From Octopus vulgaris (taxonomy: Eukaryota), in contig OX597833.1 of the NCBI GenBank assembly GCA_951406725.2, forward strand, positions 41,168,001 to 41,232,000: a DNA stretch of 64,000 nt, given 5' to 3'. The position numbers and the translations under genes are program-made. Within the stretch, counting starts at the first letter, position 1; each line of letters begins with the position of its first letter. Shown one piece after another: positions 47,892-61,019 of the stretch. Under the pieces are notes generated by a model. That model was not told where the DNA came from. It saw nothing but the letters and a program-made list of their open reading frames with translations, and did not search any database.

Positions 47892-48439
47892 CAAATGGCG
47901 GTGCCCCAGCATGGCCACAGCTCATTAGCTGAAACTGGAAAAATCAAAAAAAAATCAAAATCATACATTTATATATATTTATACATACATATATATAACC
48001 GATATATGTATAGCTATATACATATATACGTATTTATGTACATTTGTGTGTCTATATATGCATACATATATTATTTATATTATTATTTGATTGAACGCCA
48101 CGCATCCATTTCCAAGTAAGTTTTTTCTTAATGTAATTGATGCGACTCTTATCTTTTACTGTTTCTCTCTTCACCCTCTCTCTGTCTCTCTCTCTCTCTC
48201 TTTCGTTCCTCTCTCATCCTTTCTTTCTTTCTTTTTCTCCCCTTCACCGTTTTCTATCTGTCTGTCCCTCTTTCTCTCCCTCTTCCTCCTTTACTCTCTC
48301 TCTCTCTCTCCCTCTCGTTGCTCACACGTGGTCATCGTCCATCCTTCCCCTTCTCACGTGGTCTTTCTTTTCAATCTCTTGCGCAGTTCGGACGCATTTG
48401 TATCTGTCTCCTCTCTTTTCTCTTATCAAAGAATCTTCT

Positions 48440-48600
48440 TCAAACGTTCGCCATTTTTACCTCGCCTGTGCCAAATAAACACACGCACTATATATTTGTT
48501 CTTCACTCGTTTATAACCCATGTCCATCGTCCGGAAATCTTTCGTCACACATCTGTGACCTCTTCAGCGACACTTTTCGTTTTCATGTGTGGTCTTACTC
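48440..48600 (-). ncRNA. Short repeat with a type I HHR (48529-48572)
   Basis: Reverse complement of 30425-30600, with the CTGAAGA/GAAA core intact. Confidence 0.72.
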
Positions 48601-48864
48601 TACTTACTCCACTCTGTTCTTTTAAGATGTGCATACTTAAGTGCGCATGCGTTTGCGTCCGTGTTTGTGTGTGCATGTGCATGTGTGTGTGTATATGTCT
48701 ATGCTTGTGTGTGCATCATTGTTCTTAGCAGCAGTATGGCCTTCCCCTTAACTCCATCCTCTCGTCCCATTGTGCTGCTGCTGTCCTAAGACCTGAAAAC
48801 TTGGTGCAGTTCTTGTATCTCTCTTTGTATGTTCGCCTACGCTGTTACCATCATATATATATAT

Positions 48865-49022
48865 ACGACAGGCTTTTTACAGTTTCCGTCTGCCAAATCC
48901 GCTCACATGGCTTTGGTCGACCCGAGACTTAGTAGAAGACATTTGCCCAAGGTATCACGCAGTAGGACAGAACCGTGAACCATGTAGTTGCGAAGCATGC
49001 TTCTTACCACACATCCACGCCT
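48865..49022 (-). mobile_element. SINE family B, 5' half
   Basis: Reverse-complement similarity to 16421-16585. Confidence 0.7.
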
Positions 49023-49597
49023 AGAAAACTAAGAGCTGCTGTAATGGGCAAACGGAACAGCTAATCATCAGAAACGCGATCGAGAATTGACTGCGTAAGC
49101 TAAAATAGACTTTACGAACTGTGGCTACTGACGTTGGACGCTCAGTAATTGTTGCTTATCGTGTGGTGCATATTTTCGATGAAACTGATGGTATTGCCAC
49201 CATCTTGGATGGGGGCAGTCGCGTAATACCACTGAAAGGATGGTTCGATTTGGCGATGAGGAAAGGGGAAATCGACCGCCGTCTATATTTTCAAATGCCA
49301 TATATAAATTACTTTTTTACTTAAGTCATTCGCTACCTATGGAGAATGGGCTATTGACGACGGTTCTCCTTTGTTCTCGATTCTGGGATGTCTTTTCCGC
49401 TTCTCTTCAGTTGGATTCCTGCTTTTTCGGTTCTATTTCAGTATCCCATTTCCAACTATTTTTAGAGTGTCCGCTCTTCTGACTCTCCTATGGGTTCCAG
49501 ATCGCAGGATTTTGGTTTCTTTAACGTGTGGCCTTATCCTTTCCCACTTACGCTTCGAGATCTGTTCTTCCTTTGGTACCTATCCCACCCTTACCGC

Positions 49598-50070
49598 CAC
49601 CATCAAAAATTATTAACTGAAACAGTTTGGACTTGTGGGACGAGTTGTACAAAAAATGTACAATTGTCTGAAAAACTGACACGCCTACATTCAATTTACC
49701 CTGAAATACAAGAACTGTACGCCATCAGACTGGTTGGAGTCTTGTGGTCAGATGAACAGAAATTTAATTTGTTTAGCTCTGACGAATGAGTGTTCGTCTA
49801 ACGTTGTGTAGAATTCAACACAGAGTACTTATATCTGACAGTTAAATAGCAATGTCGAGTTTGTGGCTGCATATTTGAAAAAGGAGTTGGTCCCATATAT
49901 CTTCAACCTTGGACATTGCGAGCAATCTAGCTTTTTCTAGAGATCTTGGAAAAGACTGTATTGTTATATGCTAACTTTATTTCGGCTGGTCGTATATTTT
50001 TCAGCGTAACCGCTACCAGAAATATACCGCATGAATAATCAGGAAATTCACCAAAAGCAAGAAAATAATT
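49598..50070 (+). pseudogene. Tc1-like transposase fragment, decayed; duplicated at 53684-54130
   Basis: VLWSDEQKFNLFSSD, YL..TVK, V.VCGC...KGVGP motifs. Confidence 0.75.
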
Positions 50071-50846
50071 ATGCAGTTATGCCAGTTCAATTACATAGCT
50101 GGGACAGAGGTGATGGAAGCGGCTCTTTTGGATCTGCTGTATAAGCCCTGTACAGGAGGCGGCATACTCATAAGCTTACTCCGGCAGCCTATACTCTTGC
50201 TACGCCACTGAGTGTTGCCAAGTACAACCCTCCGAACATAAATATGACAAAGATTTTATCGAAATAGTTGACATAAGCATACAGCAAAAGAAATCATGGA
50301 AATTTAGTAAATTGCATCACTATATAGTAAAAAAAAAACAATTAGAAGAGAATCCAGATAATGAGATCATCAAACATAGATTCAATACCTCGTGGATGTG
50401 ATTCCTTTTGGAATCAGGTCTCCGACCAATTATTAGTGTCACATGATTTTAGTTTTTAAGATCTTCAATGGATGCATTCAATTTCTTAAAAATCTATACT
50501 TTTAATGTTTTTAAATTAAGTCATCATTTCTGGAGTTATTGATACTATGTTAGGTTAATTTACATATTTAAATGTTTAAATTTGCATCAATTAAATGAAT
50601 AAGATAATTATGTTCAGTGACGTTATTTTTATCTTGAGTCGATTCGAGATAATGATAAAACTGCATGTTGTGTTATCGAACTTCAATGATTACGAACTGG
50701 ACTCCTTAAACATTCGTCCATGCTGTGTCCACACGCACAACTGCGTACACACACACACACATGCACACATACAACCGTAAGATATATACATGCATACATA
50801 TTATATATATATATATACATATATACATATATATATACATATATAC

Positions 50847-50924
<78 letters not shown>

Positions 50925-50926
<2 letters not shown>

Positions 50927-51671
50927 TCTGTAAACATAAATCCGAAAAAAGAAGTTATATAGTAGTTTATATCAAAGTTAGATGAAGCCGGTTTATGGGA
51001 TTACCTAAGTTTCACGTCCATAAAAGGCTTGGCTTTATGGCGTATCATAAGATCCCAGACCCAGTTGGCCAAAGGCCTATCTAGAATATGAAAGGGGAAA
51101 TGACCTCGTTACTCAATGTCTACAAAGGAGGTTGTCTCCCCTTGGCTTTCGATCGCCGATGTCAACAGCGGGGGTTGTGTTCCTTTGGCTATTGATTGCT
51201 GGTGACACTGTTATCCCGTGGGTTTCAATAGGCTAGCAGGAATTTCCTAAATTGTAAGCTCGGTCCGAAGACCCCAGTTCGGGAGTTCAGGATGCTCCCT
51301 GGGTCGAGGGAGTCGTTTAGGATCCTCTCCAATTCCGCTATGCATAATTTACAGCGGTCGGTCCCGTTCCAGAACGGAAGTCTTCGGAGAGTGCTTACAA
51401 TTCAGGAAATTTCTGATAACCTATTGGAACCCACGGGATAACAGGTCCACCGCCGATCGATAGGCAAAGGAACACAAACACCTTTGTTGACATCGGCGAT
51501 CTATAGCCAAGGGGCGATAATCCCCTTTGTTGATATTGAGTTACGGGGCCACTTCCCCCTCCATATTCTATATAGGCCACTCGCTAGAGAGGCTTTTTGC
51601 CAACAGGGTTTGGTACCTTTATGGACGTGAATCCTTAAGTAATCCCATTAACCGGCTTTATCTAACTTTGA
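50925..51671 (-). ncRNA. ~750-nt self-complementary rod element with an HHR (retrozyme/viroid-like candidate), inserted in (TA)n
   Basis: Arms 50969-51284 and 51362-51673 are roughly 80% complementary. The centre holds three short hairpins. Minus strand 50996-51057 reads tgggat-CTTATGA-t-acg.ccataaag...ttttatgg.cgt-GAAAC-ttag-GTA-atccca. Confidence 0.7.
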
Positions 51672-51679
51672 TATATATA

Positions 51680-52325
51680 TTGGAAAGTGGTCTGGAAGTT
51701 GTTTTCCACAAGCGAGTCGAGGACCTTCTGCGAGTCGTTCTTAATTTCGACATGTGTTAAAACGGCGACCTTGTATCTGCATTTTCATTTTAGGGATGAG
51801 ATGGAAGTCCGCAGCTGCTAAATCTGGAGAATAGAACGGGTGCGGAAGCGATACCATGTTATCTTTGGTGAGAAACTCACGAATGAGGAGAGTTCGGTGA
51901 CAGGGTGCATTGTCGTTGTGGAGAATCCATTTCTTGGCGCTCCACAGATCCGGTCGCTTTCGCCGAATGTCCACCCACCAGCGCTTCAAAATGTCGTTCA
52001 TTGTCTTCCGACGATCCTCATTCACAAGTTGATGCATTTTCTCTACATTTCCGCGGGTGACGCTCATGGCAGGTCATCCAGATCGTTCATCGTCTTCCAG
52101 GGATGCTCTTCCGTTCTTGAAACGCCTGGGCCACTCGAAACATTCTTTACGCTCCATGGCCTCGTCACCGTAAGCTTGCCGAAGCGTGATCAATGTCTCT
52201 GTAGCAAACTTCCCAAGTTTAACGCAAAATTTCGTATTGACTCTTTCTTCCAGCTTCCTGTCCATGACAAAAATCGCAAACTACGCCATACATGAGATCA
52301 CAAAAACACAAATTTCAAAACTTAC
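51680..52325 (-). pseudogene. mariner transposase, internally deleted and frameshifted
   Basis: EERVNTKFCVKLGK.ATET...AYGDEAM...F.W..RFKNGR.SLEDDERSG, WILHNDNAPCH, HPFYSPDLAAADFHL.PKMK...GRRF. Confidence 0.9.
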
Positions 52326-52545
52326 GACTAAAGGTGGTGCTCCAGTATGACCGCAGTCAAATGACTGAAACAAATAAAAGAATAAAAGAACAACACACAG
52401 AAACGGCTGTTACAGCATCAAAATACTCAAATAACTTGCCTGAGTAAATACCAGTCATGATAGTCGTAAAGGATGAGCAACCGTTTCACACTGACCAGTT
52501 GCATATTTCTTGCTTCCACTATGGCCTCCTTCAGAACCTAATGGC

Positions 52546-52850
52546 CACCACCCTCCACCATCCTCAACTACAACGACAATAAACTGCATCAGTAAATTTC
52601 CACTATTCTACAAACACAAACACACACACGTGTGCACACCCCTCTGCTTCAAACCTGCCCCGACCCCACCAAACTACTATCTCCACTGCCACCCCCACCA
52701 TCACCATCACCACCACCTCCACCGCTGCAGTCATTCCCGCCACTACATCGCCCACATTCCATTTTATCTATCTATGTCATCTGATGCAATAAATACCGCA
52801 ATGACATGTCCCACCGTTGCTACTGACTTTCACAGATGTTTCCCTTCTCT

Positions 52851-52924
<74 letters not shown>

Positions 52925-54205
52925 TTCTTACCTGATTTAGCAACAGAACATCCATACACAGACACACAATAGATGCGCGTACGCACCAAATATAAAAACA
53001 AGAGTTTAGTAGTGAATAAATTTTGATTATTTCCATTTAGCGGATCTTTTTGGTTTGAACGGCAGTTTTTAACATAATTTCTAGGTAACAAAAAAAAATC
53101 TTTACTTCGTATACTGGTAGAATGTGTTTATAAAACATCTTTTTCTCTTGGCTTTATTGAGAAAATTCTATAGTTCCTAAGATATTTGTTGTTGTTTTTC
53201 TTCAATTTCTGCAATTTCAACCAATCAGTGACATCTATTGAGTTAAAAAGCATTCTGTGCCGTATGAATATGTCCCTCGTTTAAGAAACACATTGGGTTT
53301 ATTTGCATTTGTGAAGAAAAAATACCCTTCCCCCACCCCTAACCCTAACCTTAAAAGAGATTGAAATGCAATCGATCGATTCTAGGGTCATAATTATGGG
53401 TGACAATTTCATATGACACCGCTAGAAAAAACTGCCGTTCAAACCGAAAAGATCCCATTTAGCTAATCTATTGCGATTCAATCTATATTTATATATGTAA
53501 ATAAAAAAGATGGTGTACTCACAAAGTGGTGTCAGTTTAAAAACGAAATTTCTAAATAGTATACAGCAATTAAAGGGTAAAGACCCACTTTGTTCATGAA
53601 TTACCATGGGATTGCACCTAGAACGTTCCCATCCGAGGCACAAGTCCAGGCAAGGTTGTTTATGGAAGACCAGCAGTCGCTCACCACCATCAAAAAATTA
53701 ACTAAAGCAATTTGGACTTGTGAGACGCGTTGCATGAAAAATGACAGTACAATCGTCTGAAAAACTGACGCGCCTACATTCAGTTTGCTCTGGAATACAA
53801 GAACTGTACGCTATCAGACTGGTCGAAGTCTTGTGATTAGATGAATAGAAATGCAATTTGTTTAGCCTAGACGAATGAGTGTTCGTCTAATGTAGTGTAG
53901 AATTCTGCACGGAGTACATGTTTCTGACAAATAAGTAAGGTGATGGCAATGTCAAGTTTGTGGCTCCATATCTCAAAAAGGAGTTGGTCCCATATATCTT
54001 CAACCAAGGATATCGTAAGGAATCCAACTTTTTCTAGAGATCTTGGAAAAGACTATTCTGTTATATGCTAAGATTTTATTTCGGCCGGTCGTGTATTTTT
54101 CAGGAATAATCAAGAAATTTACTAAAAGCGAAAGCGTAGCCGTTTAGCACTGGCTAATTCCATTTTTTTCCTGTTTCCACTATGGCCTCCTTCAGAACCT
54201 AATGG
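52546..54205 (+). repeat. Diverged tandem paralog of the 47080-52545 segment
   Basis: 52546-53030 matches 47080-47540; 53461-53570 matches the reverse complement of 21570-21690; the Tc1 fragment is repeated. TTCCACTATGGCCTCCTTCAGAACCTAATGGC closes both units (52514 and 54176). Confidence 0.8.
53042..53455. mobile_element. Intact TIR MITE with CCCTAA repeats
   Basis: TIRs GGATCTTTT and AAAAGATCC. TSD CATTTAGC. Confidence 0.88.
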
Positions 54206-54621
54206 CGGCGAGCTGGCAGAAACGTTAGCACGCCGGGCGAAATGTGTAGCCGTATTTCGTCTGTCGTTACGTCCTGAGTTCAAATTCCGCCGAGGTCGAC
54301 TTTGCCTTTCATCCTTTCGGGGTCAATAAATTAAGTACCAGTTACGCACTGGGGTCGATGTAATCGACTTAATCCGTTTGTCTGTCCTTGTTTGTCCTCT
54401 CTGTGTTTAGTCCCTTGTGGGTAGTAAAGAAATAGGTATTTCGTCTGCCGTTACGTTCTGAGTTCAAATTCCGCCGAGGTCGACTTTGCCTTTCATCCTT
54501 TCGGGGTCGATAAATTAAGTACCAGTTACGCACTGGGGTCGATGTAATCGACTTAATCCGTTTGTCTGTCCTTGTTTGTCCTCTCTGTGTTTAGCCCCTT
54601 GTGGGTAGTAAAGAAATAGGT
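54203..54621 (+). mobile_element. SINE family A with an internal tandem duplication of the body
   Basis: One head plus two ~185-bp bodies joined at GTATTTCGTC. Confidence 0.85.
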
Positions 54622-56029
54622 ATAGAAATTGACTGGATAGCTGGGAAAGCGTAACATGTCTTCGTACGATTAACCACTGCATGTAGGAATGTGTAGTCCT
54701 CAGCTAAGCAGAGGCAAGGTACACCGAGAAAATTAAATCTGGATCACACTTACATTGCTACCTACATGTCAAAGGCCAAGTTGAGCGGAGCTAACCTGCA
54801 ACAACAACAACAACAACAACAGCAGCAGCAGCGATGACAAAGATGTTTGACAAGAACAACAAACACCTATGGGATTTTAGGAGGCTGTACCTCTGAAAAA
54901 CCTAAACCTTGTGTATAATACGCACCCTTTCTCTAACTTGAGTCAAGGAGGTCTATATAACGTCCTTGGTTTGTAAAAATGTATACGGTAACATCCTTTG
55001 TAATTATTGTATATGTAACATAATGCAAACGTGTAGCATTTTTGTGCATTTTGTTTGCAGAAAGTAAAGAAATAACAGTAATAACGTTTAATAAATGTTG
55101 CTTACTGCAAGTTATGGATGATTCTTTTATGACATCATTGCTTTCAGGCTGAGCTTAAGGTATTTTCGCGCCCGACATCACAAAATGCGCCTGAATAAAC
55201 ATTGCCGGACAGCAAATAGAGACTCGGACATTGCTTAGAAAATAATTTTCATTTTTAACCTCGTATATAGTACGCACTAGGGATTTTGACCTTTAGATCT
55301 GGGGGAAAAAATGCGGATTATACTCGAGGATTTATGGTAACCCTTTCTACTATAGGCACAAGGCCTAAAATTTGGTGGAAGTGGCTAGTCGATTACATCA
55401 ACCCCAGTACTCAACTGGTATTTATTTTATCAACTCCAAAAGGATGAAATGCAAAGTCGACCTATGCGGAATTTGAACTCAGAAGGTAAAGACGGACGAA
55501 ATGCCGCTAAGTATTTCTAAGTATTTTTCCGGTGTGCTAACTATTCAGCCATATCGCCGCCTAAATAACAACAAACAACAATAACGCACCAATGCCACAT
55601 GACCATCTAATGTATTTTCACATCCCCACACAATATTTTTGGCTGTATGCATGGCTGTGTAGTTTATAAAATTCGTTTCACAACTACATGGTTTGGGATT
55701 CGATTCAACTGTATGACACCTTAAGCAAGTGTTTTCTATCACAATTTCTGGTTGGGCAAAGCCTCGTGAGTGAAATTTTCTAGACGGCAAGTGCATGAAA
55801 GCCAGTACGAAAAATAGCTTCAGATTATTTCAAGACTAGATCAATGCCCTTAATGTTAAAGTTACTGAAATAGGATTACACTGTATTTCGATACTAACCA
55901 AAATACACACCTCTTTAACAACACAAAACGATGGCTAGTGGACTGTAACCTACATAAAGTACAAACCTACATAGAGAACAATAACCCTACGTAACCGTTC
56001 AACCAGCAAAGAATAACTGACAACTCTCT

Positions 56030-56234
56030 TTACTCTTTTACTTGTTTCAGTCATTTGGCTCTGGCCATGCTGGAGCACCGTCTTTAGTCGAGCAAATCGA
56101 CCCCAGGACTTATTCTTTGAAAGCCTAGTACTTATTCTATCGGTCTTTTTTGCCGAACTGCTAAGTTACGGGGACGTAAACACACAAGCATCAGTTGTCA
56201 AGTGATGTTGGGGGGACAGACAGACATACAAATG

Positions 56235-56295
<61 letters not shown>

Positions 56296-56575
56296 ATAAG
56301 ATCGTTAATTTATATTAACTAACGATCTTATCAAGTGGCAAGCATGGAAATAAAAACCTTCAAAGGTAATAATTATATGTGTGTGTGTGTGTGTGTGTTG
56401 TGTATATATATACGACAGGCTTCTTTCAGTTACCGTCTACCAAATCCCTTACAAGGCTTTGGTCGGCCCGAGGCTATAGTAGAAGACACTTGCCCAAAGT
56501 TCCACGCAGTGGGACTGAACCCGGAATCATGTAGTTCGTAAGCAAGCTATTTACCACACAGCCACTCCTACGCCA
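56030..56575 (-). mobile_element. SINE family B
   Basis: Reverse complement of 16421-16820 with an expanded central microsatellite region. Confidence 0.82.
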
Positions 56576-56805
56576 AATGGGAAAAAGAAAAAGAAATGGA
56601 GTGCGTTAGATAATCTAATCTGGGGTACACTATCCTGAAAAAAATAAGATATATTTCTTTATTACCATAGTTAGACTGTGTTTAATCGTAGATCTACTCA
56701 ATGAGGACTGACTTGGAGTTAAATAAAACATAAATTATTTTAGAGTGACACCACAAACGAAGGGTCCTCTACATGATTGTTCGATCTGTTAGAAATTGCA
56801 GCCAA

Positions 56806-57428
56806 GGCAGCGAGCTGGCAGAAACGTTAGCACGCCGGGCGAAATGCTTAGCAGTATTTCGTCTGCCGCTACGTTCTGAGTTCAAATTCCGCCGAGGTCG
56901 ACTTTGCCTTTCATCCTTTCGGGCTCGATTAAATAAGTACCAGTTTCGCACTGGGGTCGATATAATCGACTTAATCCGTTTGTTCCCTCCTTGTTCGTCC
57001 CCTCTGTGTTTAGCCCCTTGTGGGTAGTAAAGAAATAGGTATTTCGTCTGTCGTTAGGTTCTGAGTTCAAATTCCGCCGAGGTCGACTTTGCCTTTCATC
57101 CTTTCGGGGGTCGATAAATTAAGTACTAGTTACGCACTGGGGTCGATATAATCGACTTAATCCCTTTGTATGTCCTTATTTGTCCCCTCTGTGTGTAACC
57201 CCTTGTGTGCAGTAAAGAAATAAGAAACGTTTGCACACCGGGCGAAATGCTTAGCGGTTACGTTCTAAGTTCAAATTCCGCTGAGGTCAACTTTACCTTT
57301 CATTCTTTCGGGGTCGATAAATTAGGTATCAGTGACGCACTGGGGTCGACGTAATCGACTTAATCCCTTTGTCTGTCCTTGTTTGTTCCCTCTATGTTTA
57401 GCTCCTTGTGAGCAATAAAGAAATAAGA
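56806..57428 (+). mobile_element. SINE family A, three tandem bodies
   Basis: The GTTCAAATTCCGC.GAGGTC...AAAGAAATA unit is repeated three times. Confidence 0.85.
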
Positions 57429-58373
57429 AATTGCAGCCAAGTCTCACACAGTCTTGGAAAACTAAAGGACACGTTCGTTATCGTAGTCGTACATATCTTT
57501 AAAAATAACGGATGGTGACCGCTGAAGTAACTTTTATTATATGTCTATTTGATCATGGTTGACTCGGGGCTAAACAACAACAACAACATCAATACTTCAC
57601 TGCTATTTACACAAAACATTGAACATTTACAAAGCAAACCAAGAACAGATGACATATAACCAAATTACCTCTCGGTCTTTCACTCGATTCAACATTCAAG
57701 AAAAATAGCATAACTATCACAGTAATCTACAAACAACGCTTCAGATTCTTCGTAAATTATACCAGTTCCACCGACGGCCTCTGTTATAAATAGCAAGCTG
57801 AAACTGACACAGTAAACTCTATAACTTCAGATCATTTTCAAGATTAGATCAATGTCCTCCTCAAACACAAGATTACTAAAATAAGGTTACGTTGTATTTC
57901 GACACCAGCCTAAACGTACATCTCTAACTCATATCGCAAAATGATGACTGGCGAACTACGACCTACATAAAGTACAATAACTCCACATAAAATAAACTTA
58001 CATAAAGTACAACTAGCGTCAAGAATCTGTATTAGAAGACACAAGGGTGTCTTCTAATCTATTCTTTTTAAACTGTATCCACACGAGCTTACCACACTTT
58101 CACAAAATATACACATAATTGTTCACAGATAGTAATCGCACCCTAAACAGAATTCCACACACAAAAAAAATAGATTAACAATGAAAGCTTATTATTAACA
58201 ATATAGTAACCAGAAATCAATACACATGCACCATACATTAAATAAACTATAAAAATTATGAGGAGTTAATCGCTAGGCATTTTTTTAAAAATCTAGCCAT
58301 GACGATTAAGTGCGGGATCGATGTAATCGACTCTCCCACTAACGTCGAAATTGGTCTTGTGACTAAATCAATA

Positions 58374-58407
<34 letters not shown>

Positions 58408-58514
58408 TTGAGTGAGAGAGCAGTGCATGACATCAAAGTGACACTGAGGTAAAATATACGAAGCTCAGTATACCCATCATGACTACCCGTCTGATAAGGG
58501 TACACCAGAGTCCA

Positions 58515-58568
<54 letters not shown>

Positions 58569-58639
58569 TACAGTATGCATACTTATTACGATCACTCGCC
58601 GAGACACACCCAGTGTCCGAGGGCGAGTGAAGTATAAGA

Positions 58640-59660
58640 GATGTTATAGTATGACTGATATAATTATTATTCAGTAGTCTTATTCTTATCACGTGCTTTC
58701 AATGCTCTACCGAGCGCAGCTCAGTGTGCCTTGGGTACATGCTGTGGTTTGTTGTGATCCTCTTATTTATATTGTATTGAAAGTGTTTTGCGTAGGATGT
58801 GTGCGGTTCCCAGTAGTGCTATTTTCTGTATGTTATAAATATTTGTTAGTTCTGGTGTTTTTTGTTATGTATTTGTCTGAATATTTTCTTATCATACCCA
58901 ATGCGCCTACTATGAGAGGAAATGTTTCTGTTTTTGGGCTCCACATTCGAGTTACCTCTCTTTCCAGATCTTTGTATTTTGAAAGTTTCTCCGTTTTTTT
59001 ATTTAGAGAAACATTGTCATCTGTTGGTATTGATACATCGACTAGAAAGCATTTTTTCTTGGTGATTTCTGACGACTAAATTAGGCCTATTGTCCTTAAT
59101 TTCTCTATTTGTGTGTATTGGCATATCCCATAGTATGGTTGCTTTCTCATTTTCTGTGACCTTTACAGGCGGGTGCCTATACTATATTTTTTCTGTTGTT
59201 ATTCCATAGTGTTGGCATAGATTCCAGTATATATAGGTCCCAACTTTGTCGTGTCTGTGAATATATTCCTTCTTAGCCAGGACTGGGTAGCCAGAGACAA
59301 TATGATTTATTGTTTCTTGTAGTTACTTGTATTTCTTTTCACTACATGTTTTTGGTGGTTTCTGGTGGGAAGGCTTAGGTCTTGCGCTGCAATTAAAAAT
59401 CCTTCAATCTTTGTTTTGGTCCTGAGCTTCTCAACTATTGTTGGCATTTTGCATTGCCTATTTCTTTTCTGCTTAGTTTAACCCAGTATTTGCCATGAAG
59501 GGGCTTTTCTTACCATCGTTTCATCTTGAACCGTTGATGTTCCAGTTTGGATTTCAGTTGTTTTACAGTTTTTGTTGTTTCTTCTTTTTCTTCATAGTTG
59601 TTAGGTACTATGACTTCTTTTTTTTTGCATTTGTCAGCTTCCTTAAAGACTGAAAACAGT
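58640..59660 (-). mobile_element. 3' fragment of an R4/Dong-like non-LTR element (restriction-like endonuclease), decayed
   Basis: Minus strand: IEGFLIAAQD, HIVSG.P.LA..EY..RHDKVG, LWDMPIHT.REIK.NRP, K.SKYKDL..E..RMW, P.IVGALG. Confidence 0.8.
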
Positions 59661-60122
59661 CTGATAAAGGTACGCCAGGCACATGCATCACAACTATGTG
59701 TGCGCGACATGGTGATCTCATATAAAGATAAACAGTGCATGACCTTGCAGGTGGAGCCCAATTAGAATTTTCTTCAGGTCGAATAGCTCATCCTGCTTAA
59801 ACGCCCTCTGAATAAGAGTTACTTAAGGATGTTGAACGAAACACCCATGTTTCCAGAGGTAAACTATCCAAACCGCAAAGAGTTCCTCTCGACGCATGGC
59901 TATGATATTCCCTACTACTTCTGCTCGTGATCAGAGATGCACATATCGTCAGGTACTAAGGGACATGTTCAACTGGTTAAGGTCAAACAAGTGACAAGCA
60001 AATCTGTGGTATTGAGTATATTTGCTGTAGCCCATCTTTTACACCAAGACGAAACATGATAACATTTCCAGTCAGTTAAGATCAGAAGCCATGAGAGCCA
60101 CTGTCTGATACTGCATCAGAGC

Positions 60123-60174
<52 letters not shown>

Positions 60175-60766
60175 GTCATCATTATTATTATTATTATTAT
60201 TCGGTGTACTGGTAGAATCATTTATTCGCCGGACAAAATGCTTCGCGGCATTTCGTCTGTCTTTACGTTCCGAGTTCAAATTCCGCCGAGACCGACTTTT
60301 TCAGATCATTGGATTCGATGTGATCGACTAACACCCTCCCCGCAAAATTCCAGGCCTTGTGGTTATAGTAGAAAGGATTATTGTTGTTGTTGCTTGCTCA
60401 GCATTACATTGTTGATCTACTGGTATGGATTACTAAGTATGAAGTTGTATTCTGCAACCTTAGATATCTGGCACCTTTCTTATATTCCTTGATATGTCTA
60501 GTAAACAGGCTTTCTGATAATCATGAAATTCATCTTGATATTCTACATCCTCAATCAACCATTCAAACTTCTTACAGTTTTTCCTAAGACTATTATTTCA
60601 GTCGAGATAAGACTAACTCTATTGCAATTCCAGATTCTTTTAAGTTTTATATTAGGTTCAGGTATTCTTTCCCCACTCTTGTGTGCCTGAAACATCAATT
60701 AAACAATGCACTCTTCTTCAATGAGTACAGCAATGCCTGGACGTTAATATTCTATTTGCCGTTTAA

Positions 60767-60980
60767 GGCGGCGAGCTGGCAGAATCGTTAACACGCAGGG
60801 CAAAATGCTTAGCGGAATTTCGTCCGTCTTCACGTTCTGAATTCAAGTTCTTCCCAAGTTGACTTTGCCTTTCATCCTTTCAGGGTCAATAAAATAAGTA
60901 CCATTTGAGCACTGAGATCGATTTAATCGTCTAGGCCCCTTTCCTGAAATTGCTAGCCTTGTGCTAAAATTTGAAACCAA
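60767..60980 (+). mobile_element. SINE family A (diverged)
   Basis: GGCGGCGAGCTGGCAGAATCGTTA head. Confidence 0.75.
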
Positions 60981-61019
60981 TATTCTATTTGCCTATTCGT
61001 AGTGGATTAACTAGTGCAT

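Noticed and set aside
51395-51580. 61-aa ORF in the rod element as an Obelin or delta-antigen-like protein
   Set aside because: It is short, starts at a non-ATG codon, shows no recognisable motif, and the arm mismatches show no codon periodicity.
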